DNA from: Deltaproteobacteria bacterium
GTDB taxonomy: Bacteria; Desulfobacterota_D; UBA1144; Nemesobacterales; Nemesobacteraceae
Assembly: GCA_029262295.1 (NCBI GenBank)
Contig: JAJCZR010000050.1
Location: forward strand, 8,411 to 72,410
Direction: 5' to 3'
Length of the DNA: 64,000 bases
Shown here: piece by piece, positions 57,858 through 64,000 of the stretch
How positions within the stretch are numbered: position 1 is the stretch's first letter
How the letters are laid out: every line of letters starts with the position of its first letter
Translations under genes and position numbers: made by a program
Notes under the pieces: generated by a model
Seen by the model: only the letters and a program-made list of their open reading frames with translations
Databases searched by the model: none
Told to the model about the DNA's origin: nothing

Positions 57858-58634
57858 TTAAGAGTATGCAAATATATGCATTTTTGAAAGTTTATTAAAT
57901 TCATCTTTATAAGGAACAAGTTTTTCATTATCCAGAAAAAATATTTTGTAGCCATGATTTTCAAGCTCATTTATTACATCAGAATTAAACTTTATGACAT
58001 CATTTTCATAATAAAACCCATGAACTTCAACTATAAGGGCTTTAACTTTTTTTTCAGATAAAAGGTTTTTCATGCCTTTCAAAACTTTTAATTCTGCCCC
58101 TTCTACGTCAATTTTTACAACATCGGGGTTAATTTGTTCAGCAAGACAGAATGAATCCAGACTCACAGCTTGCACTTCATAACCATCTGATATTTCATTA
58201 TTATCTATTCTTGAAATACCGGGGTTCTTTAGTGATTGACTTGGTTTAAAACTTACAGTTCCATCAATATCATAAACTGCTTTATCAACTAGATTTATTC
58301 TTGATTTCAGTTCATGATTCATATTTAAATTAAAATTAAATTCTTCATAATTTTTTTTATCCGGTTCAAATGAAAAAATCTTTATTGAATTATTACTATT
58401 AGAAACAGCAAGTGAAATCCAACCATAATTAGCACCTACATCTAAAAATACTTTATATTTTTTACAAATTTCTAAAAGTTTATCAATAACATTGTTTTCA
58501 TAATCATCAAAAAAATAAAGATAGAATCCAAGATTATCTCCAGGATTGACATTTATTTTTGTGCCAAAGTAATCAAATATTTCTTTCCCATTAAATAGGG
58601 AATATGCTAAATTGTTATACTTAGAATAAGGCAA
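57858..58634 (-). CDS. FkbM-family methyltransferase
   Basis: The motifs FLDVGANYGWISLAV and KIDVEGAELKVLKGM are present. Confidence 0.72.
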   Translation of the reverse strand: MPYSKYNNLAYSLFNGKEIFDYFGTKINVNPGDNLGFYLYFFDDYENNVIDKLLEICKKYKVFLDVGANYGWISLAVSNSNNSIKIFSFEPDKKNYEEFNFNLNMNHELKSRINLVDKAVYDIDGTVSFKPSQSLKNPGISRIDNNEISDGYEVQAVSLDSFCLAEQINPDVVKIDVEGAELKVLKGMKNLLSEKKVKALIVEVHGFYYENDVIKFNSDVINELENHGYKIFFLDNEKLVPYKDEFNKLSKMHIFAYS

Positions 58635-58734
58635 TTTATGGAGTTTGTTATGTAAATATGTGCTGTGATTAGAAAGAAATCGAACAATTCTCCTAAGAAT
58701 TAGATTAATTTTAAGTATTATAATTCAAATCCTT

Positions 58735-59790
58735 TTAATCAATTTTTTCAACCATTTTAAAGTATAATTGCTCATAATCACTGACAATTTTATTTATGCT
58801 AAATCTATTCTCAGCAACTTTTCTGCAATATGATCTATCGATGTTTTTCAAATTCAGTATAGATTGAATCATTTCTTCTTCAGTATCACAAACAAAACCT
58901 GTTTTGCCATGTTCTATACCCTCAGGAACTCCTCCCATTCTAAAAGATATAACTGGAGTACCACAAAGCATTGCTTCAGGGAGTACAATAGGGAATGGTT
59001 CCAACCATTCTATAGGCAATAAAAGTGCTGCTGCGTTTCCAAGCAATTCAACTTTTTGATTATCATCAACCATTCCAATGTAATTAATCAGATCACCATC
59101 TATATGTGGTTGTATTTCATTTTCAAAATACTCAATTTCTTGAGTTAATTTTGAAAGATTACCGGCAATTATTAATCTACGGTTAAGTTTTTTAGCAACT
59201 GAAATTGCAGTATGAGCACCTTTACATCTCTCCAATCTACCTAAAAAAACCAATGGCGCATTATCTGAATCTATATCTTCTTTTAATTGGTAATGGTTTT
59301 CTGGTGCACAATTATAAATAACAGACCAATCACCTCCTCCAACTAAACCTGTATTTTTAATAGCTTCACTTACTGCTGTGAAATGAATATTTTTTGAACC
59401 AAACATTTGTATTTTTTTAATATTAGCTGGGTTTATTTTCCGCATGTAAGTCTGAATTTTAGGAATATTTAAATTAGTAATACCAACAAGGTAAAAGAGA
59501 CGGCCAAAATTATGTACAACATCAAATTTTGAATAATACTTATAGTGTCTATATTGAATTTTAAGAATGTTTTTGATGTTACTAAATGTATTCCACTCAC
59601 CTTCTTTACCAAAAGGTTTAAATTCACATTTCACATTTGAATTTGGAGAAGCCCAAAGAGTTACTTTGTGTCCTCTGTTAAGTAAAGAATCAATTAAGTC
59701 TGCAACTACTCGTTCAATTCCACCATAATATTTTGGTGGAACTTCTATTAATGGATCCATGATTATTAATATATGAAGTTTCTTTAACAT
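58735..59790 (-). CDS. glycosyltransferase family 4
   Basis: The C-terminal motif is LLLPIEWLEPFPIVLPEAMLCGTPVISFRMGGVPEGIEHGKTGFV. Confidence 0.75.
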   Translation of the reverse strand: MLKKLHILIIMDPLIEVPPKYYGGIERVVADLIDSLLNRGHKVTLWASPNSNVKCEFKPFGKEGEWNTFSNIKNILKIQYRHYKYYSKFDVVHNFGRLFYLVGITNLNIPKIQTYMRKINPANIKKIQMFGSKNIHFTAVSEAIKNTGLVGGGDWSVIYNCAPENHYQLKEDIDSDNAPLVFLGRLERCKGAHTAISVAKKLNRRLIIAGNLSKLTQEIEYFENEIQPHIDGDLINYIGMVDDNQKVELLGNAAALLLPIEWLEPFPIVLPEAMLCGTPVISFRMGGVPEGIEHGKTGFVCDTEEEMIQSILNLKNIDRSYCRKVAENRFSINKIVSDYEQLYFKMVEKID

Positions 59791-59827
59791 GATTTTTTAT
59801 TATTAGTTCAAACTAATACCTACTATT

Positions 59828-60793
59828 TTAAAATAAGTATAAGTTTTTGAATTTTTGGTAAGTTATTAAAATACGTTTTGTTATTTTCCAACCTATTATA
59901 TTTGTCATATTTTGAATTAGTGGTCTTTCATCTATTTTTAAATTTGAACCGCCAAGAGAATTTATTTCTTTTTCAGCTTCAAGCAATATTTCAGGATGAT
60001 CAGGATAGATTTGATAAAGAAAAAATTGCCACATATTTGCACATGCTAATTTGGTTCTGTCGCTACATTCTCGATCCAAAATCATTTTTTCGCAAAATTC
60101 ACAAACTTTAAAATAGGATTTGACCGCTTTTATATCTTTATTACTACTTAAACTGGGATTACCTGATCTGTAGTAAGCTTTTGCATTTTCGCAAAATATT
60201 ATTTTATTTGAATTTAATAATTGCCTTACAAAAAATTCAGTATCATCATTCAGACTTAGTTTCTCATTCCATAAGCCAGACGATTCTATTACTCTTCTTG
60301 GAATTAACCATGAAAGAGGGGGCATTGTGGCTTTGCCGTTAAATTGATCCAATATCCATTCAACCGGTTTTTCATAATCTTTATGGTCATTAAATACTTT
60401 AAAATCTGCAGTATTAATATCATCTTTATAGAACCTTGCCCATGAACATGTTGCTATGCAATCATGTGATTCACCCATTAATCTTTGTAACTGTATATCA
60501 ATTTTATCAATATCTAAAATATCATCTGCATCCAAAAATTGTATATAATCACCTTTTGATTCATTATATGCCAGATTTCTGGCTGCACTGGCACCCTTAT
60601 TTTCCTGAGTTAAAACTTTAACTTCTGGGGATTTAAAGCTGTTTATAATATCAAGGCTATTATCAGTTGAGCCATCGTCTACAAATATAACTTCAATATT
60701 GCCCCAGGTCTGATTAATTACGGATTCACAAGTATCAACAACCCATTTTTCAGCATTATAGACTGGAATTAATATAGAGACTAAAGGATTCAT
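59828..60793 (-). CDS. glycosyltransferase family 2
   Basis: The GT-A motifs VSILIPVYNAEKWVVDTCESVINQT, VIFVDDGSTD and FLDADD are present. Confidence 0.82.
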   Translation of the reverse strand: MNPLVSILIPVYNAEKWVVDTCESVINQTWGNIEVIFVDDGSTDNSLDIINSFKSPEVKVLTQENKGASAARNLAYNESKGDYIQFLDADDILDIDKIDIQLQRLMGESHDCIATCSWARFYKDDINTADFKVFNDHKDYEKPVEWILDQFNGKATMPPLSWLIPRRVIESSGLWNEKLSLNDDTEFFVRQLLNSNKIIFCENAKAYYRSGNPSLSSNKDIKAVKSYFKVCEFCEKMILDRECSDRTKLACANMWQFFLYQIYPDHPEILLEAEKEINSLGGSNLKIDERPLIQNMTNIIGWKITKRILITYQKFKNLYLF

Positions 60794-61735
60794 TCAGTTG
60801 TTTTTCCTAAGTTTTGGTTTTAATAATCTTATTGAATATTCTCTTATTCTCAAAGCAAGATAAGGATCGATTTTGGATATAAACCTGAAACTTTTACTTC
60901 CATATAAATCTTTCTTTTTATCCAGTTTAAGTGCAAGATTCATTGCTTTATCTGCTGTTTCCCAGTCCAAAAATGAAGCAAGAACTCCAGCATTTTTTCT
61001 AAGCTCTTTTGATATTTCAGAGAAATATTTTGGTTCAACTGCTTCCGCTGTTTTTTTTAAAACATGGTAGTGGGCAACAGCACATTTGAGTTGATTATCG
61101 GAAGACATCGAATTACTCAATTTATAATTAATGATTGTTACTGTATTATCAGCATCAAATGAAATCCCCGACCTTGCCAGGCGATGATGAAAGGCTTCAT
61201 CTTCATTATATAAAACATTTGGATCGAGATCATATCCGCCAACTTCTAAAAAATTTTTTTTATTATAAATACCACATATTGAAACAATCTTATTATCAAT
61301 TACATACCCGATCGAATCCTTTTTTAATTCATCCGAATCATAATGTTTTATAGATAATAATTTGCCAGTCTCATAATCTTTATATTCATAGGAAAAAACA
61401 ACAACATCTGGACAATCAGGCTTATTTATCCATCTTTGAGCGGTTTCAACAAAATGAGGATAAAGATCATCATCAGCATCATGAAAATGAAGCCAGTCTG
61501 ATTTGGATATATTTGCGAGTTGGTTTTTACCGTGGGAACATCCTCTGTTAATATCTCCATTAACAACTTCAGCCCCTAAATCTTTTGCTACTGTTTCAGT
61601 ATTGTCTGTACTGCAATCGTTGTAAACAAGAATTTCATCAAAAGGAACAGTTTGGTTATTTGCTGAAGTTAGTAGGCGGAGCAAATATTTTTCTGCATTA
61701 TATGCAGGAATACATAGTGCAATTGTGTTACTCAT
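60794..61735 (-). CDS. glycosyltransferase family 2
   Basis: The motifs IALCIPAYNAEKYLLRLLTSANNQT, ILVYNDCSTDNT and FHDADDDL are present. Confidence 0.8.
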   Translation of the reverse strand: MSNTIALCIPAYNAEKYLLRLLTSANNQTVPFDEILVYNDCSTDNTETVAKDLGAEVVNGDINRGCSHGKNQLANISKSDWLHFHDADDDLYPHFVETAQRWINKPDCPDVVVFSYEYKDYETGKLLSIKHYDSDELKKDSIGYVIDNKIVSICGIYNKKNFLEVGGYDLDPNVLYNEDEAFHHRLARSGISFDADNTVTIINYKLSNSMSSDNQLKCAVAHYHVLKKTAEAVEPKYFSEISKELRKNAGVLASFLDWETADKAMNLALKLDKKKDLYGSKSFRFISKIDPYLALRIREYSIRLLKPKLRKNN

Positions 61736-63059
61736 TATTTTTGAATTTATTAATTGTTCTTTTTATTCCGTAACCGGCTAATTTTTTAAGCGGAAGATTA
61801 TCAAGCAGTGAATCAAAACCATCCTGTCCATATTCGGGACTAAGGAATCTGATTATCCAGTCATTAACTTTTTTATTTTCTTTACCTTTTGAAATTAAAT
61901 ATTTATATCTATCAATCTTTTTCCTGACTATTGTATTTGGATCAAGCTCTTTTGAAATTGTCTCTCTTGCATTATCACCAATCTTTTTTATTTCAGATTG
62001 ATCCATTCCCTCAAGTTTTAAAATAAGCTCTGCAAGCTTTTCAGGATCATTATCACTATATGTAAAACCATTAACTCCATTTTCTATCAGACCTGATGCT
62101 CCTGCACCTTCAGAACATATAACAGGCTTCCCACTTGCCATAAACTCAATACATGTAAAATTAAACATATCCCATGTTGATGGCACTATTCCATATCTCG
62201 AATTTCTTTGATATTCCAAAACTTTTTCATAAGGAAGTATCCCAGGTTTATTAACCTTGTTTTTCCAGACATTGGAATATTTCTCTTCTAAATATGAAGA
62301 CATACTAATTTTGTTTTCCAGATAATTAGTATCTCTTCCAATCCAGTTTATTTCAGGGGCTTTATCCCCAAGTTTTTCAAGTGCTTCACATAAGATTGAA
62401 GGCCCCTTCCAGTATTGAATACGTCCGACTACCAAAGGTTTTCCATTAAATTCGTTTTTAGTTTCCTTGAATTCATCTAAAGAAAACGCCGGGGGAATAT
62501 ATTTTATAGTATTATCAAGACTTCCATTCCAGAAAGATAAATTCGATTTGCTATGAGTATGCAGTTCATCAACATATTTCAACGTGTTTACTTCGATCAT
62601 TCTTATCAAGTCTGACTGTAAAGCTTGTCCTATAACAGGGTCAAAATAATCTATCTGCCCAATACTTCCATGTAGAGTTGTTGCTAAAGGAATTTCAGAT
62701 TCCGAAATTGCCCAGGGAATATAATTAAGTCCCCAGTCTGTTGTTTCAACTATATCAAAACCTTTCCCATAACCAGCTTGTTCATACATAGCCCAGGCAG
62801 ATGCAAAATGTTTTCTGAGTTCAGGGAATATCTCAAACTTTGTAAATAATTCATGGTATTTCTCAAATAAATTTTGTTTTAGATACTCAATTGAGACATT
62901 TCCCTTTACTTGTCCATTCTCACCAATAGTAAATGCACTACCAACAACTACTTTGATGCTATCAACATTTGCTGATAAAGCATTTATATAATTATCATAA
63001 AATGTTGCAATTCCCCCACCTGCAGGAACATATTCAGGTAAAATAAATAATATTTTCAA
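61728..63059 (-). CDS. glycosyltransferase family 4
   Basis: The C-terminal motif is VPSTWDMFNFTCIEFMASGKPVICSEGAGASGLIENGVNGFTY. Confidence 0.75.
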   Translation of the reverse strand: MKILFILPEYVPAGGGIATFYDNYINALSANVDSIKVVVGSAFTIGENGQVKGNVSIEYLKQNLFEKYHELFTKFEIFPELRKHFASAWAMYEQAGYGKGFDIVETTDWGLNYIPWAISESEIPLATTLHGSIGQIDYFDPVIGQALQSDLIRMIEVNTLKYVDELHTHSKSNLSFWNGSLDNTIKYIPPAFSLDEFKETKNEFNGKPLVVGRIQYWKGPSILCEALEKLGDKAPEINWIGRDTNYLENKISMSSYLEEKYSNVWKNKVNKPGILPYEKVLEYQRNSRYGIVPSTWDMFNFTCIEFMASGKPVICSEGAGASGLIENGVNGFTYSDNDPEKLAELILKLEGMDQSEIKKIGDNARETISKELDPNTIVRKKIDRYKYLISKGKENKKVNDWIIRFLSPEYGQDGFDSLLDNLPLKKLAGYGIKRTINKFKNNE

Positions 63060-63077
63060 GGTATAAAATTATAACTA

Positions 63078-63995
63078 TTAGTTTTTAAAAGCTGCTTCAA
63101 TATCAGACTGAAATTGGTTGTGAATATTATTGGGATTAAATAATGATTTAGCCAATCTAACTGAATCTTTTGACATATCTTCCCATTCAGTTTTTTTAGT
63201 TAAACTTTCAAATAGTTTTTCCATTTCTTTATAGTTTTTATTAGTAAGATGTGCTTTCCAGGAATTTTCTTTAGCCCAAACACCTAAAGAAGTATCATCC
63301 CTGGAAATGATAATAATTGGGAAACCTAAATGTGAATACTCAATCAATTTACTTGGAAAACTTGTGTTTAACCAAGGTTCATTATCTAAATTTAATGGGT
63401 GTATAACAAGTATTAAACTAGCATTATTATATAAATAATTCAGACTATCTTCATTACTATTAAAATAATTGTTATGCTTAACATTGTCTTGAAGATCAAT
63501 TAATCTTTTTAGGCTCTCAGAAGTAATATTGGTGATTATTTCGAGCGTTCCATTAACCCTTTTCAGGGCATTCGAAACGTCTTCCAAATGTTTTACTTGT
63601 GATTCGTAGACATATCCTGAATAAATAATTTTTGGATTAACAGAGAAAGAATCATTCCAACTTTTGAATTGACCAATACCTCCATGTGGAATTGGGTAAA
63701 GAATTTTTATATTTTTTTCATTGTTATCATCTTTATAAATTTGCTTTAAATTTTCTGATACTGTCCAAACAACTTTTGAACTATTTAATATTTTGATTAT
63801 AAAATTTTTAGATTGATCTATATTTTTTTCTCTTTTTTCATATAATTCCATTTGATCAAACAAAAAAGTAAATAAAGGTTTTTTGTGAATATATGAAAGA
63901 AAATTGGCAAACAACGGATATAAAATATTATTTGATGGAATTGATGTGAGAATACATGTTTTTTTATTAATTTTTAGTTTATTTCGACAATGCAA
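63078..63995 (-). CDS. putative glycosyltransferase (GT-B C-terminal-like); operon continues beyond window
   Basis: It has a C-terminal Rossmann-like segment (ILVIHPLNLDNEPWLNTSFPSKLIEYSHLGFPIIIIS). The start codon lies 5 nt from the window edge, so the upstream context is unknown. Confidence 0.4.
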   Translation of the reverse strand: MHCRNKLKINKKTCILTSIPSNNILYPLFANFLSYIHKKPLFTFLFDQMELYEKREKNIDQSKNFIIKILNSSKVVWTVSENLKQIYKDDNNEKNIKILYPIPHGGIGQFKSWNDSFSVNPKIIYSGYVYESQVKHLEDVSNALKRVNGTLEIITNITSESLKRLIDLQDNVKHNNYFNSNEDSLNYLYNNASLILVIHPLNLDNEPWLNTSFPSKLIEYSHLGFPIIIISRDDTSLGVWAKENSWKAHLTNKNYKEMEKLFESLTKKTEWEDMSKDSVRLAKSLFNPNNIHNQFQSDIEAAFKN

Positions 63996-64000
63996 ATAAA

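Noticed and set aside
1-64000. CRISPR arrays, rRNA/tRNA genes, transposases or prophage blocks
   Set aside because: I saw no regularly spaced direct repeats, no rRNA- or tRNA-like conserved stretches and no transposase or phage structural protein signatures in any frame. The only tandem repeats are the coding Ser-Asp hexanucleotide tracts.

Overview
This 64 kb window comes from an AT-rich bacterial chromosome (GC roughly one third, judged by eye) with dense coding and frequent GGAGG-type Shine-Dalgarno sites. Positions 1 to about 19100 are mostly conserved housekeeping genes on both strands. They include the 3' end of folP, the cdaA-cdaR-glmM c-di-AMP operon, pdxJ, acpS, folC, rpe, rsmB, metK, ahcY, a Xer recombinase and scpA/scpB. 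Scattered among them are accessory pieces: an orphan YefM-like antitoxin, a ParE/RelE toxin with a small partner, and a DnaI-like zinc-ribbon AAA+ helicase-loader pair. Positions 19100-38900 are more accessory. They hold a secreted cysteine-rich protein flanked by two Ser-Asp dipeptide repeat tracts, with a predicted promoter, a long leader and a clear terminator. Next to it are a GT4 glycosyltransferase with a four-cysteine insertion and a polysaccharide pyruvyl transferase. Also in this stretch are ybeY, a YihY/BrkB protein, cdsA, a PurN-like protein with a non-canonical active site, a GH15 hydrolase plus GT4 pair, a methylisocitrate-lyase-like ICL/PEPM protein, a class-II-phosphodiesterase-like MBL protein, a K+ channel, nfo, pyruvoyl-dependent arginine decarboxylase (pdaD), recN and proA. 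The final 25 kb (38993 to the window end) are one long minus-strand, translationally coupled glycan-biosynthesis locus. It encodes GDP-fucose (gmd, fcl) and UDP-xylose (UXS) precursor enzymes, an APS kinase, and a fused GT2 plus phosphoglycosyltransferase initiating enzyme. It also has two acetyltransferases, about twelve glycosyltransferases, a Wzy-like polymerase, and five methyltransferases (three class I SAM, two FkbM), and it continues beyond the window. That implies a heavily O-methylated, acetylated and possibly sulfated fucose/xylose heteropolysaccharide. I found no rRNA, tRNA, CRISPR array or transposase.
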